From positions 216 through 64,215 of the forward strand of contig CAXTCI010000003.1 of assembly GCA_964242325.1 (NCBI GenBank): DNA of 64,000 nt. Reading direction: 5' to 3'. Below are positions 52,995 to 63,684 of this stretch, piece after piece. Made by a program: the position numbers and the translations under genes. How positions within the stretch are numbered: the first letter of the stretch is position 1; every line of letters starts with the position of its first letter. The notes under the pieces were generated by a model. It searched no databases, was not told where the DNA came from, and saw only the letters and a list, made by a program, of their open reading frames with translations. This DNA comes from an uncultured Acetobacteraceae bacterium. Its GTDB lineage: Bacteria; Pseudomonadota; Alphaproteobacteria; Acetobacterales; Acetobacteraceae.

Positions 52995-54083
52995 ATGCAG
53001 GCGTTCGACCACCGGTTCACACGGCGCGGGCTCGGAGCCGTGGCTGCCACCGCGGCCGTTGCCGCACTGGGCCGCCCCAGCCGGGCACAGGGCAAGCGGT
53101 TCAAGGTTGCCCTGTCCAACTCCTTCATCGGCAACAAGTGGCGCCTGGAGATGGAGAACGTCTTCAAGGCCGCCCTGGGAATGGAGCCGTTCAAGTCCGA
53201 GATCGAGGGCAGCGTCTTCAACGCCGACAACGACGTCAGCAAGCAGTCGCAGCAGCTTTCCAACCTCATCGCCCAAAAGCCCGACGCCATCATCATCGAC
53301 GCCGCATCGCCGACGGGGCTGAACGGCATCATCAATCAGGGCGCAGCGCGCGGCATCCTGATGATCGCCTTCGACAACACCGTGACGACGCAGCGTTGCC
53401 TGAAGGTGAACACCAGCCAGTATGAAATGGGCCGGGCCTGGGCGGAGTTCCTGGTGGGCAAGCTGAACGGCCAGGGCAACGTCATCATGGTGACGGGCGT
53501 GGCCGGCACGGAGGTGGACCAGGAGCGCAACCGCGGCGCCGACGAGGTGTTCGCCAAGGCGCCGGGCATCCATGTGGTGAACCGCTTCACCGGCATGTGG
53601 GACTCCTCCACCGCCGAGCGCAACGCGGCCGCCATCCTGCCCTCCCTGCCGCAGGTGGACGGCGTTTGGTGCCAGGGCGGCACGGACGGCATCATCAAGG
53701 CGTTCATCAAGGCCGGCCGCAAGCTGCCCCCCGTGGCCGGCGAGGGCGAGAACGGGTTCCGCCGCTTCATGGTGGGCTATGACGGGCAGAAGGTGGACGG
53801 GCTTTCCATCGGTCAGCCGCCATACCTGTCGGTCATCTCACTGGAACTGGCCCGGCGCATCCTGCAAGGAGCCTATCCCAAGCAGGACCTGGTCGTGCCG
53901 CTGGCGCGGCTGACCAGCGACCAGGTGAAGCTGGGCGAGACCGCCTTCGCCGACCAGCCCGACTCCTTCTTCGCCGACTTCACCGACGGCGGGGAGACTC
54001 CAATCCTGAAGCTGTGCGTTGAGGCCGCGTTGAACGGCACATCCTGCTCCGGACGGCTGGACGTCAACCTGCCGTCGGCATGA
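52995..54083 (+). CDS. Sugar ABC transporter substrate-binding protein (RbsB-like), Tat-type signal
   Basis: GGGAGGAAGGG precedes ATG 52995. MQAFDHRFTRRGLGAVAATAAVAALGRPSRAQG, then a periplasmic-binding-protein type I body. Confidence 0.85.
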   Translation: MQAFDHRFTRRGLGAVAATAAVAALGRPSRAQGKRFKVALSNSFIGNKWRLEMENVFKAALGMEPFKSEIEGSVFNADNDVSKQSQQLSNLIAQKPDAIIIDAASPTGLNGIINQGAARGILMIAFDNTVTTQRCLKVNTSQYEMGRAWAEFLVGKLNGQGNVIMVTGVAGTEVDQERNRGADEVFAKAPGIHVVNRFTGMWDSSTAERNAAAILPSLPQVDGVWCQGGTDGIIKAFIKAGRKLPPVAGEGENGFRRFMVGYDGQKVDGLSIGQPPYLSVISLELARRILQGAYPKQDLVVPLARLTSDQVKLGETAFADQPDSFFADFTDGGETPILKLCVEAALNGTSCSGRLDVNLPSA

Positions 54084-54120
54084 CGCCACGCCTCAAGAGT
54101 CCGCGCCTCATGACGCACCC

Positions 54121-55629
54121 ATGACCGCATCAGTGACGGTGCCGGCGGTCGAGGCGGAGGGCCTGACCAAGACCTTCGGCGGGGTGCGGGCGCTGCAAGG
54201 CGCCTCGCTCGCCGCCCGGCCTGGCGAGGTCCACGCCCTGGTGGGGGAGAACGGTGCGGGCAAGAGCACGCTGATCAAGGCGCTCGGCGGCCGGGTGCGC
54301 CCCGATGCCGGCGCCATCCGCATCGGCGGCCGGCCCGTGCGCCTGCGCGGCCCGCCGGACGCGCACGCGCTGGGCGCCTGGACCGTATTCCAGGAGTTGA
54401 CCCTGCTCGGCGGCATGACGGTGGCCGAGAACCTGCTGCTGTCCCGCGAGCCGCGGGGCCGTTCGGGGCTCATCAGCCGGCGCCGCCTCGCGGCACGGGC
54501 CGAGGAGGTGCTGGCCGGGCTGGGCGTGCATCACATTGACCCCTGGGCGCTGGTGGAGGACATCCCGCTGGCGGAGCGCCAGGTCATCGAAATTGCCCGG
54601 GCCATCAGCCACGCGCCGCGCATCCTGTTCCTCGACGAGCCGACCTCGGCGTTGGCCGAGCGTGAGGTGGCCTGGCTGTTCGGCCAGGTCGCCCGGCTGC
54701 GGCAGGCGGGCGCCTGCATCGTGTTCACCTCCCACCGCTGGAACGAGGTCCGCTCCATCGCGGACCGCATCACCGTATTCCGCGGCGGGCGGCATGTCGG
54801 CACCTTCACCGAGTTGTCGGAAGACGAGGCGGTGACCCTGATGACGGGCCAGCGCGTGGACACGCTGTATCCGCCGCTGCCCGCCGTGCCGCAGAATGAC
54901 GTCCCGGCCCTGGAAGCGCGGGCGCTGGCCGGGCCACGGCTCGCACCGACCAGCCTCGGCGTGGCACATGGCGAGGTACTGGGCGTCGGCGGCCTGGCCG
55001 GGCACGGGCATCGGGAGCTGTTCTTCACCCTATTCGGCGCCCAGCGCGCGACGGCGGGGGAGGTGCGCCTGCAGGGCCGCCCGCTCCGCCTGCGCAGCCC
55101 GCGCGACGCCGTGGCCCGGGGCGGCATCGCCCTGGTGCCGGAGGACCGCAAGACCGAGGGCCTGCTGCTGCCAATGAGCGTGCGCGACAACCTATCTCTG
55201 GCCGTGCTGCGCCGCTTGAGTCGGGCCGGCCTGATGCGCCGCGCCCTGGAACGGCGGCTGGCCGGGACGGAGGTGGACCGCCTGCATGTCCGCACCGCCG
55301 GCCTGGCCACCCCGGTCGGCGCGCTGAGCGGCGGCAACCAGCAGAAGGTGCTGCTCGGGCGCTGGCTGCTGACGGAGCCGCAAGTGCTGCTGTTGTATGA
55401 CGTGACCCGGGGCGTGGACGTGGCGACCAAGCATGAGATCTACGAGCTGATGATGCGCCTGGCGTCCGAGGGCCGCGCGGTCCTGTTCTACTCCAGCGAC
55501 GCCGAGGAGCTGGCGCACCTGTGCCACCGCGTGCTGGTGATGCGGGAGGGAAGGGTAGTGGCGGAACTGCACACCCCCGGCATCACCGCCGAGCAGGTCG
55601 TCTCGGCCGCCGTGCGCGATGCCGCCTGA
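54121..55629 (+). CDS. Sugar ABC transporter ATP-binding protein (duplicated ABC domains, RbsA-like)
   Basis: Walker A GENGAGKST, Walker B ILFLDEPT, and a second signature LSGGNQQKVLL. Confidence 0.9.
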   Translation: MTASVTVPAVEAEGLTKTFGGVRALQGASLAARPGEVHALVGENGAGKSTLIKALGGRVRPDAGAIRIGGRPVRLRGPPDAHALGAWTVFQELTLLGGMTVAENLLLSREPRGRSGLISRRRLAARAEEVLAGLGVHHIDPWALVEDIPLAERQVIEIARAISHAPRILFLDEPTSALAEREVAWLFGQVARLRQAGACIVFTSHRWNEVRSIADRITVFRGGRHVGTFTELSEDEAVTLMTGQRVDTLYPPLPAVPQNDVPALEARALAGPRLAPTSLGVAHGEVLGVGGLAGHGHRELFFTLFGAQRATAGEVRLQGRPLRLRSPRDAVARGGIALVPEDRKTEGLLLPMSVRDNLSLAVLRRLSRAGLMRRALERRLAGTEVDRLHVRTAGLATPVGALSGGNQQKVLLGRWLLTEPQVLLLYDVTRGVDVATKHEIYELMMRLASEGRAVLFYSSDAEELAHLCHRVLVMREGRVVAELHTPGITAEQVVSAAVRDAA

Positions 55630-56635
55630 CGCGCTGCCGCGGTCGGGCGCGCCCTTGGCCGCCCCCGTCCGGCGCCGCCCGCGTTGGGCGCACGGCCTGG
55701 GGCAGAACGTCGGCCTGCTGCTGGCCGTCACCATGCTGTGCGCAAGCATCGCCGCCTATTGCGCGGTTTACTACGCCGGCCAGGGCGCCTTTCCCGGTGG
55801 CTTCGAACTAACGACGACAGTTAACAACACCATGCCGCTGGCCCTGGCGGCGGTGGCGCAAACGCTGGTGGTGCTGACCCGCGGCATTGACCTGTCGGTG
55901 GGCGGGATCATCGACCTCGCCAACGCCGTCGCCGCCATCGGCCTTGGGAGCACGCCGGGGCAGATGCTGGGATGCTCGCTGCTGGTGCTGGCGGTCGGCG
56001 CCGCATGCGGGCTGTTGAACGGGGCGCTGGTGGCCTATGGGCGGCTGCAGCCGATCCTGGTCACCCTGGCCACCCTTTCGATCTACCAGGGGCTGGCAAT
56101 CCGCGTGCTGCCGCAGCCCGGCGGCGAGGTGCCGGAAAGCTACACCGCCGTGCTCGCGAACCCGGACGCGCCGCTGTCCCTGTTGTATGTCGTGCTGCTG
56201 TCGCTGCTATGGTGGGCGCTGCGGCGCACGCGCCTGGGGGTCGGCATCCACGCCATCGGCAACGACGAGGCCGCGGCGGCGGCGAACGGCATCGCCCCAA
56301 TACGCACCAAGCTGCTGGCCTATGTCCTGTCCGGGATCTGCTCCGCCGCCGCCGGACTGTTCCTGGCCGCGAACGCGACGGCCGGGGACGCGACCACCGG
56401 CAACCGCTACACCCTGACCTCCATCGTCGCCGTCGTGCTGGGCGGCGTGAGCCTGCTCGGCGGCCGAGGCAGCGCGGTGGGCGCCATGATGGGCGCCTTC
56501 GTCACCACCATGATCGTCAACGTCCTGTTCTTCGCCCACATTGATCCGCTGTATCAGTCCTTCTACGAGGGGCTGTTCCTTCTTCTGGCGGTGCTGCTGG
56601 CGGGCGGGGCCGGCCGGCTGCTGCGGCGGGTGTGA
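55619..56635 (+). CDS. Sugar ABC transporter permease (RbsC-like)
   Basis: Polytopic protein with TRGIDLSVGG. Overlaps the ATPase gene by 11 nt. Confidence 0.85.
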   Translation: MPPDALPRSGAPLAAPVRRRPRWAHGLGQNVGLLLAVTMLCASIAAYCAVYYAGQGAFPGGFELTTTVNNTMPLALAAVAQTLVVLTRGIDLSVGGIIDLANAVAAIGLGSTPGQMLGCSLLVLAVGAACGLLNGALVAYGRLQPILVTLATLSIYQGLAIRVLPQPGGEVPESYTAVLANPDAPLSLLYVVLLSLLWWALRRTRLGVGIHAIGNDEAAAAANGIAPIRTKLLAYVLSGICSAAAGLFLAANATAGDATTGNRYTLTSIVAVVLGGVSLLGGRGSAVGAMMGAFVTTMIVNVLFFAHIDPLYQSFYEGLFLLLAVLLAGGAGRLLRRV

Positions 56636-57606
56636 TGGCGCGGCCGGCCCTTGCCGCCCTGGCCACGCCGGACCGGCGGCGCATCCTGTTCGCGGCACTT
56701 GCGGCGGTGCTGCTGTTCGCGCTTGGCGCCCTGGTCCGCCCGGGTTTCGCGCGGCCGGACAGCATCGCGGCGGTCCTCGTCGTCGCCTCCTTCGTCGGGA
56801 TGGTCGCCGCCGGGCAGATGTTCGTGGTCCTGATCGGCGGCATTGACCTGTCGGTGCCGTGGGTGCTGAACGCGGCGGCGATCCTGCTGGCCACGTCCTC
56901 GTTGGGGGAGGACGGACGGGCCGTCTATGCGCTGCTGCTCACGCTCGGCATGGGGCTGGGCGTCGGCGCGCTGAGCGGCGCCGGGATCGCCCTGCTCGGC
57001 GTGCCGCCGGTGGTGATGACGCTGGCGATGAACGGCATCATGCAGGGCCTGACGCTCGGCCTCAGCGGCGGCATGACCTGCGCGGCCTGCGCCTCCTACG
57101 CGCCGCCGGTGGTGCGGGCAGCCGTGGGTGGCACGCTGCTCGGCGTACCGGCGGCGCTCTGGCTGTGGCTCGCAGTGGCGCTTGCCGTTTCGGTGGCGCT
57201 CAGCCTAACGGCGTTCGGCCGGCGCACCTACGCCATCGGCACCAACGCGCGGGCAAGCTTCCTCGCCGGCATCAACGTCCGCGCCGTCACGGTCGCGCTT
57301 TATGCGCTCAGCGGCCTGTTTTCGGCCGTGGCAGGCATCATGCTGGTGGGCTTCGGCGGCCAGGCCGCGCTGGGCATGGGCGAGCCCTACCTGTTCCAAT
57401 CCATCGCAGCGGTCGTGATCGGCGGCGTCGCCGTCATGGGCGGCCGCGGCCACTACGTCGGCGTCGCCGCAGGCACGATCAGCCTCGTCACGCTGGTCAG
57501 CGTGCTGATGGCGCTGAACATGCCGGAATACGGCCGCAGCATCATCTACGGCGTCATCATCCTGGCCCTGTTGCTGCTGTATGGGCGGGAGCCGGGAGAC
57601 GTGTGA
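56635..57606 (+). CDS. Sugar ABC transporter permease (second RbsC-like)
   Basis: IGGIDLSVPW motif. Its ATG overlaps the preceding TGA by 1 nt. GTG 56632 is an alternative start. Confidence 0.85.
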   Translation: MARPALAALATPDRRRILFAALAAVLLFALGALVRPGFARPDSIAAVLVVASFVGMVAAGQMFVVLIGGIDLSVPWVLNAAAILLATSSLGEDGRAVYALLLTLGMGLGVGALSGAGIALLGVPPVVMTLAMNGIMQGLTLGLSGGMTCAACASYAPPVVRAAVGGTLLGVPAALWLWLAVALAVSVALSLTAFGRRTYAIGTNARASFLAGINVRAVTVALYALSGLFSAVAGIMLVGFGGQAALGMGEPYLFQSIAAVVIGGVAVMGGRGHYVGVAAGTISLVTLVSVLMALNMPEYGRSIIYGVIILALLLLYGREPGDV

Positions 57607-57777
57607 CCATACCAACCGCAATCTGCTGTGACCGCATTCCCGGCGAGCCTTGTAGGGCGTATAAGCGAAGCGCCATACGCCGCCCCACAGCATTGCGCCA
57701 CGGCTGAAGGCGCCGAAGGTTGTCCGCCCCGCAACGGCCGCCGCTGCCAAAATGGCCACAGCAAATAGCGGTTAATA

Positions 57778-58692
57778 TCAAACCGTCCGCGCCCCGTTGA
57801 CGAACAGGAACACCTGATACAGCGACGTCGTGCCGCAAATATACAGCCGGTTGCGCTTCGGCCCGCCGAAGCAGACGTTCGCCACGGTTTCCGGCACGTG
57901 CACCTTGCCGATCAGCGTGCCGTCCGGGTCGTAGCAGTGCACGCCGTCCGCGGCGCTGGTCCAGATACGGCCGGCTTCGTCCAGCCGGAACCCGTCGAAC
58001 AACCCGGCGGTACTATCGGCGAACACGCGCCCGCCCGAGAGCTTGCCGTCCGCCTGCACGTCAAAGACCCGCATGTGCGCCGGATGGTGCGCGCCATGCG
58101 TGCGCCCGGTGTCCACGATGTAAAGCTGCCGTTCATCCAATGAGAAGGCCAACCCGTTCGGCTTGATGAAATCGTCGGCGGCAACCGTGATGGCGCCGGT
58201 CTGCCCGTCAATGCGGTAAACGTAGGAGGCGCCGATCTCGCTCTCGGCCTTGTCGCCCTCGTAGTCGCTATCAATGCCGTAGGTGGGGTCGGTGAACCAG
58301 ATGCTCCCGTCGGTCTTGATCACGACGTCATTGGGACTGTTCAGCCGCTTGCCCTCGTAGCGGTCGGCGAGCGTGATGATTTCGCCGCCATGCTCGGTCC
58401 GGCTGACCCGGCGGTTGCCGTGCTCGCACGACACTAGGCGGCCCTGCCGGTCCACCGTGTTGCCGTTGGAGTGGCCGGCGGGCTGGCGGAAGGTGGACAC
58501 ATGCCCGTCCGCCTCGTCGAAGCACAGCATCCGGTTGGCCGGGATGTCCGACCAGACAAGGCTGCGGTGCGCTGGGAAGTAGGCCGGTCCCTCTGCCCAA
58601 TGGCACCCCGTATAGAGCTTCGTGACATGTGCGGTCGGGTTGAAAAGACGTGCGAACCGAGGGTCGAGCACTTCGTAATCTGCTACCGCCAT
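57778..58692 (-). CDS. SMP-30/gluconolactonase/LRE-family lactonase
   Basis: Start trimmed to ATG 58692, with AGGAGG upstream. Motifs AEGPAY, NSPNDVV, WFTDP and PNGLAFS. Confidence 0.85.
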   Translation of the reverse strand: MAVADYEVLDPRFARLFNPTAHVTKLYTGCHWAEGPAYFPAHRSLVWSDIPANRMLCFDEADGHVSTFRQPAGHSNGNTVDRQGRLVSCEHGNRRVSRTEHGGEIITLADRYEGKRLNSPNDVVIKTDGSIWFTDPTYGIDSDYEGDKAESEIGASYVYRIDGQTGAITVAADDFIKPNGLAFSLDERQLYIVDTGRTHGAHHPAHMRVFDVQADGKLSGGRVFADSTAGLFDGFRLDEAGRIWTSAADGVHCYDPDGTLIGKVHVPETVANVCFGGPKRNRLYICGTTSLYQVFLFVNGARTV

Positions 58693-58917
58693 GCCTGTCC
58701 TCCTGCAGTGCCGCCGGTGGTTACGGTCCACCGATGCGGGTTGGCGCGCGGCAGGTTGGCCCCGTTGGCGGCGATTGTCAGCAGAAACCTGGCGTTCCCA
58801 TGCGACCGGTGGGGCGTGCGACTTTGGTCTGCCCAACCATCACTGCAAACCGCACTCGCGGCCGCGCTGGCGGCGGCCAACCGGCGGCGGGTCATCCAGC
58901 GCGGCAGCCCGCAGTTT

Positions 58918-59667
58918 TCAAATCGTTCGCCCGCCATCCACCGGGAAATCCACCCCGGTGATGAACTCGGCCTCGTCCGATGCCAGGAACAGCGCCGCGT
59001 TGGCAATGTCCAAAGGGCGCGACAAGCGGCCGAGCGGTATGGTGGCGATGAACCTCGCCCGGTTCTCCGGCGTGTCCGGCACCCCCATGAAGTCTTCGAG
59101 CAGCCCGGTCTCGCCCATGACCGGCGAGATGCAGTTGACCCGGATCTTCCACGGCGCCAGCTCGACGCCAAGCGACTTCGATACCAGGTTCACCGCCCCC
59201 TTGGTGGCGTTGTACCACGTAAGGCCGGGCCGCGGCCGGATGCCGGCAGTCGAGCCGACGTTCAAGATCACCCCGCCGCCATTCTCCCGCATGGCCGGCG
59301 CGATCTCCCGCACGAACAGGTAGATCGACTTCACGTTCACCCGGAACATGCGGTCGAACTCGTCCTCGTCCACCTCCAGCAGCGGCTTGTTCTTGTGCGT
59401 GGTGCCGGCATTGTTCACCAGGATGCCAGGCGTGCCCAGCCGTGCCGTGGTCTCTCGGACGACCCGCGCCACGTCCTCGGACGCGCCCACGTCGGCTTGC
59501 AAGGCGACTGCCTCCTTGCCCAACCCTTGCGCGACCTGCTCCGCCGCCGCCCCGCGCAGGTCAACTACGGCGACCCTGGCGCCTTCCTCGATGAAGCGTT
59601 TGGCAATGCCTTCCCCGAAGCCGCCACCCGCACCCGTCACGATCGCGACCTTGCCCGCGAGCCTCAT
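58918..59667 (-). CDS. Short-chain dehydrogenase/reductase (SDR)
   Basis: TGAGGGFGEG cofactor motif and the YNATK catalytic motif. Confidence 0.9.
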   Translation of the reverse strand: MRLAGKVAIVTGAGGGFGEGIAKRFIEEGARVAVVDLRGAAAEQVAQGLGKEAVALQADVGASEDVARVVRETTARLGTPGILVNNAGTTHKNKPLLEVDEDEFDRMFRVNVKSIYLFVREIAPAMRENGGGVILNVGSTAGIRPRPGLTWYNATKGAVNLVSKSLGVELAPWKIRVNCISPVMGETGLLEDFMGVPDTPENRARFIATIPLGRLSRPLDIANAALFLASDEAEFITGVDFPVDGGRTI

Positions 59668-60180
59668 TCCTTCTCTCCCATCATCTCCCGCCCCGCATTA
59701 AGGCGGGAGCACTTGCGTTTCGACCAGGTCGGTCCGCAGCGTAAAGCTGGGTAGGCCGGCAACCAGCGCCCTGCCTTTCAGGCTCGCGAAGGCTGCGTCG
59801 GACCGTTCTCAGTGTCGAACCACTGCTTGGAAGAACCATCGTAGCCGAGGCGCTCGCGGTCCACCAGGCTGACGGAATGGCCGCTCTTGCGGAGTCTTTC
59901 CCGCCGGAAATCCATTGCAGCGGGTGAACGGTCGGTCGCCCAGAAAGCCGTTTGCACGTTGGCGCTGACCTCAGGGCCAACGTGCGCCCGGGCAGCAGAA
60001 CGTGGCCGTTATGCAACGTTGTTCCCGGTATCGTGTTGCTTGCCCCCGTCGCAGATGTCGCTGACCTTGACTACCTTATGTTGCACTGCACAATAGAAGG
60101 GGACCAAGCGGCGTTGCCGTGGTCTCCGCACATAGCGGGCTATCAGGGAGGGACTCCGATCAACATGACAGGAGTTTCAC

Positions 60181-60414
60181 ATGAGGATTTCATCAAGTTT
60201 CGGCTCTGCCACCGCCCAAGTCCGCGGTCGCGCTTCCGTCGGGACAATGCTGCAGCAGCTCGGCATGCGTTGGCAGCGCGCCAGGGCACAGGATCGGGAA
60301 ATCGCCCGGATCACACGGGAGCTGCAAGGCTACACTGACCGCCAGCTCGTCGACCTCGGCATGAGCCGCGCCGACATTCCCGACGTGGCACGCGGCACGT
60401 TCCGCGCCGGCTGA
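60181..60414 (+). CDS. DUF1127-domain small protein
   Basis: The C-terminus ELQGYTDRQLVDLGMSRADIPDVAR is typical of DUF1127. AGGAG lies 7 nt before ATG 60181. An internal ATG at 60247 is possible. Confidence 0.75.
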   Translation: MRISSSFGSATAQVRGRASVGTMLQQLGMRWQRARAQDREIARITRELQGYTDRQLVDLGMSRADIPDVARGTFRAG

Positions 60415-60751
60415 CGCACCGCCAACTTGGCTGCTGGCCGGCTCATGAGATTGGAGCCGAGCCAGGCAGCCTGCGTTCCGCAATGATGCTGGTGTCTGAT
60501 CGCCACAGGACCCACTCAACGTCTGGACGAGCCGTCAAAAACTGCGGCAATCCCGGTGGCTGGGGACGAGCGGTGGCAGTCCGAACCGACACAGCACGCT
60601 GCATCTAGATGCCCCTGTCTACGACACGGCAAGCTGGACATCAGCCGCATCGTTAAGATGGGTGGAACCGTGCAATGGCGGTAGCCAACGCCGACGTCAG
60701 GGCAACAGGCCCCAACCCGTGCATCAACGCCGTTGCCCGGCTGATGACGGA

Positions 60752-61831
60752 CTACTGCGGCTTCAGCTCCAGCTTCTGCACGCGCCAGTTCAGCAATTCC
60801 GCCACAAACAGCGTGTTCTCGGAGGGGCAGGCAAGCTGGTGTATCCAGCCGAACTCCCCCGGCATCTTGCCCGACTTGCCAAGGTAGCCCAGCACCTTCC
60901 CATCCAGGCTCAGCTTGTAGATGCGCCCAGGGTAGCCATCGGACACATACAGCACCTGGTTCGGCGCCGGGGTGATGCACACCGTCCAGGGTGCGCCCGC
61001 CACGAACGTCTTCGGCGTGCCGACAGGCGGACTCTGGTCTGGCCGGTTCCCGAGCGCCGGCTTCGCGGCCGGGTCGAACGGCACATCAATCGTGATCTGC
61101 CGCAATACGTTGCCATCCGTGTCGAAGACCTGCACCCGCCGGTTGCCGCGGTCGGCAACGTAGATGCGGTCCTGCGCATCGCTGGCGATGCTGTGCGGCG
61201 TGTTGAACTGGCCCGGCCCATCGCCAGGCGTGCCGAACGACCCAAGCCACTCGCCGGTCGGCGACACCTTGGCGACCCGGCTGTTGATGTAGCCGTCGCT
61301 GATGTAGCCGTTGCCCTTGCTGTCCCAGGTTATGTCGGTCACCTGCCGGAAATACCCGTCAATCGGCGGCTTCGGCGGCTTCGGATGCTCCAGCGGCTTC
61401 GTGTCCTCGTCCGCGGCTTCCTGCTTGCGTCCGAACACCATGGTCACCCGTCCCGCCGGGTTGAACCGGATGACCTGATCCGATCCCTTGTCGGCAGCCC
61501 AGATATTGCCATCCCGGTCAACCTTGACGTCGTGCGCGAAGGACCAGGCATACAGGTTCGGACCGATCTCGCGGATGAACGCCCCGTCCGGACCAAACTC
61601 CAGCAGTTGCGCCGCGGCGGCGGCATAGGCCGGGCCGTGCGTGTTGCCGCGGTTGAACACGAACACGTGGCCCCCTGCGTTCACGGCGATGCCCGACACC
61701 TCGCCTAGGAACATGGTGTCAGGCAGCTTCAGGAAATCGGCATCCGCGGTGTATGGGATCTGCGGCGGGGTGGTCTGCGCATGGGCCACGCTGCCGAGCA
61801 GCAGCAGGACGGAAAAGGCGGCGCGTATCAT
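60752..61831 (-). CDS. Secreted NHL-repeat beta-propeller protein
   Basis: Start trimmed to ATG 61831 (MIRAAFSVLLLLGSVAHA). Repeated units such as FNTPHSIASDAQDRIYVADRGNRRVQVF. Confidence 0.8.
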   Translation of the reverse strand: MIRAAFSVLLLLGSVAHAQTTPPQIPYTADADFLKLPDTMFLGEVSGIAVNAGGHVFVFNRGNTHGPAYAAAAAQLLEFGPDGAFIREIGPNLYAWSFAHDVKVDRDGNIWAADKGSDQVIRFNPAGRVTMVFGRKQEAADEDTKPLEHPKPPKPPIDGYFRQVTDITWDSKGNGYISDGYINSRVAKVSPTGEWLGSFGTPGDGPGQFNTPHSIASDAQDRIYVADRGNRRVQVFDTDGNVLRQITIDVPFDPAAKPALGNRPDQSPPVGTPKTFVAGAPWTVCITPAPNQVLYVSDGYPGRIYKLSLDGKVLGYLGKSGKMPGEFGWIHQLACPSENTLFVAELLNWRVQKLELKPQ

Positions 61832-61883
61832 GGACGGACTCCCCACGTTTTCGCCTATGCTCGTCCAATCGTCGCGTGTGTCA

Positions 61884-62303
61884 ATGGAGATGCGGATGCG
61901 TGTGCTGATCGGGATGCTGGCTCTGCTTGCTGCCGCGCCGGCCCTGGCGGCGGGACCGGACCAGGCGGCACTGGATGACGCCGTGCAGCTCGGCACGGTG
62001 GCGACGCTGGCGCCCTTGTGCGGGATACGGGACGAACCGTGGGCGTTCGACCTGCGCCGGGCTGCCATCCTGCGCTCGACCGGGACCCACCAGCCGGACG
62101 ACGGCGCCTTGCGGACGGCGCCCGGCAGCACCCTGGTCCAGGGCGCGCTGGGCTACGCCGACACCGAGGCAACGGAAAACTTCGCGGAGAAGGCTCCCGA
62201 AGCGACCTGCGGCCCCTTGGCAGGCAGCACGGAACTGCGGGATGCCGACGCGATCGTGCAGATGTTCCGCGCGCTGAAGGCTTTAAGCCCGCCCAGCAGT
62301 TGA
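61884..62303 (+). CDS. Hypothetical small secreted protein
   Basis: MEMRMRVLIGMLALLAAAPALAAG signal-like N-terminus. No recognisable domain. Start ambiguous (ATG 61884, 61890 or 61896). Confidence 0.45.
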   Translation: MEMRMRVLIGMLALLAAAPALAAGPDQAALDDAVQLGTVATLAPLCGIRDEPWAFDLRRAAILRSTGTHQPDDGALRTAPGSTLVQGALGYADTEATENFAEKAPEATCGPLAGSTELRDADAIVQMFRALKALSPPSS

Positions 62304-62484
62304 CCGTCGTCCCCAGCGGTTCCGGCCAACGGCTTTCAGAATGGAGGGCTGACGTGCCGGCCTGACCCTGTGGCGCCCGGGACGGGCCAGCCCAGCTTTG
62401 CCCCAACCTCCGCAACAACGCGCTTCGCCGCCCCGGCGCCATCGTGCCATGCTGCCCGTCTGCACCTTGTGGGACGCCGACGCC

Positions 62485-63576
62485 ATGCACCGACGCAACC
62501 TCGCCTCCACCGCAGCACTCGGCCTGGGCTGGGCAGCCATCCCCGTCAGCAGCCCGGTGCAGGCGCAGGGTGCCCCGGCATCCCGGCCCACGACCCTGGG
62601 CGGCGCCATCACCGATGTGCCCGGCGTGGAGGTCGGCCACTTCACCGACGGCCGGCGGCCCACCGGCTGCACCGTGATCCTGACCAGGGACGGCGCCGTG
62701 GGCGGCGTGGACGTGCGCGGCGCCGCGCCGGGCACTCGGGAAACCGACCTGCTCGATCCCAGCAACCTGGTCGAGCAGGTCAATGCCATCCTGCTCTCCG
62801 GCGGCAGCGCCTTCGGCCTGGATGCCGCCGGCGGCGTGATGCGCTGGCTGGAGGAGCACGGCATCGGCTACCCCGCCGGTCCCGTCCGCGTGCCCATCGT
62901 ACCCGCAGCCATCCTGTTCGACCTCGGCGTAGGCGACCCAAAGATCCGGCCCGACGCCGCAGCAGGCTACGCGGCGTGCGAGGCCGCCCGCGCGGACGCC
63001 CCGGCGGAGGGCTCGGTCGGCGCCGGGGCCGGCGCCACGGTCGGCAAGCTGTTCGGCATGGGACGCGCGATGAAGGGCGGCATCGGCACTGCCTCGGCCA
63101 GGATCGGCCGCGTCACGGTCGGCGCCATCGTGGCGGTGAACGCCGTGGGCGACGTGATTGACCCGGCATCGGGCCGGGTCGTCGCCGGCACCCGGACCGA
63201 GGACGGACGGCGCGGGCCGGGGGCTGTCGAGGCGATCCTTGGCGGCGACGTGCCGCCCGCGCTGCAGGCGGGCATGGCGACCACCATCGGCGTGGTGGCG
63301 ACCGACGCCCAGCTCACCAAGGCGCAGGCGCGCAAGCTGGCTGGCATGGCCCATGACGGCCTGGCGCGTACCATCGAACCGTCGCACACGCTATGGGACG
63401 GCGACACTCTGTTCGCGCTGGCGACGGGCCGCAGCGGATTGCCCGGCAACATGGTGGCACTCGGCGTGATGGCCGCCAGGGTCATGGCCTCGGCCGTGCT
63501 GCGCGCCGTGCTGGCGGCCAAGGGCATCAGCGGACCCGGCCTGCCAACCGTGCCGGGGGCGTCCGAGCTGGGGTAG
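62485..63576 (+). CDS. P1/DmpA-family (S58) aminopeptidase-like protein with a Tat-like leader
   Basis: MHRRNLASTAALGLGWAA leader. Motifs TDVPGVEVGH, TGCTVIL, LLSGGSAFGL and GGIGTAS. Confidence 0.85.
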   Translation: MHRRNLASTAALGLGWAAIPVSSPVQAQGAPASRPTTLGGAITDVPGVEVGHFTDGRRPTGCTVILTRDGAVGGVDVRGAAPGTRETDLLDPSNLVEQVNAILLSGGSAFGLDAAGGVMRWLEEHGIGYPAGPVRVPIVPAAILFDLGVGDPKIRPDAAAGYAACEAARADAPAEGSVGAGAGATVGKLFGMGRAMKGGIGTASARIGRVTVGAIVAVNAVGDVIDPASGRVVAGTRTEDGRRGPGAVEAILGGDVPPALQAGMATTIGVVATDAQLTKAQARKLAGMAHDGLARTIEPSHTLWDGDTLFALATGRSGLPGNMVALGVMAARVMASAVLRAVLAAKGISGPGLPTVPGASELG

Positions 63577-63684
63577 CAGCCTCGCCGCCACGTCGTCGGC
63601 CAAGCCGCACGTGCAGCCACCGGCACTCCTCCACGTTGCATGAACGGCGCCCGCTTCCAGGTGGGCTGGCTGAGGTGGAGACGC

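Noticed and set aside
60415-60751. Possible CcsR/cuckoo-type sRNA repeats downstream of the DUF1127 gene, as known for a Rhodobacter DUF1127 locus
   Set aside because: No repeated hairpins with CCUCCUCCC-type loops are visible. There is only one 7-bp hairpin (60700-60738) next to the NHL gene stop.
61855-63387. 510-aa minus-strand ORF
   Set aside because: Antisense to the DmpA-like peptidase and the small secreted protein genes. Arg/Gly/Ala/Pro-rich with no recognisable domain.
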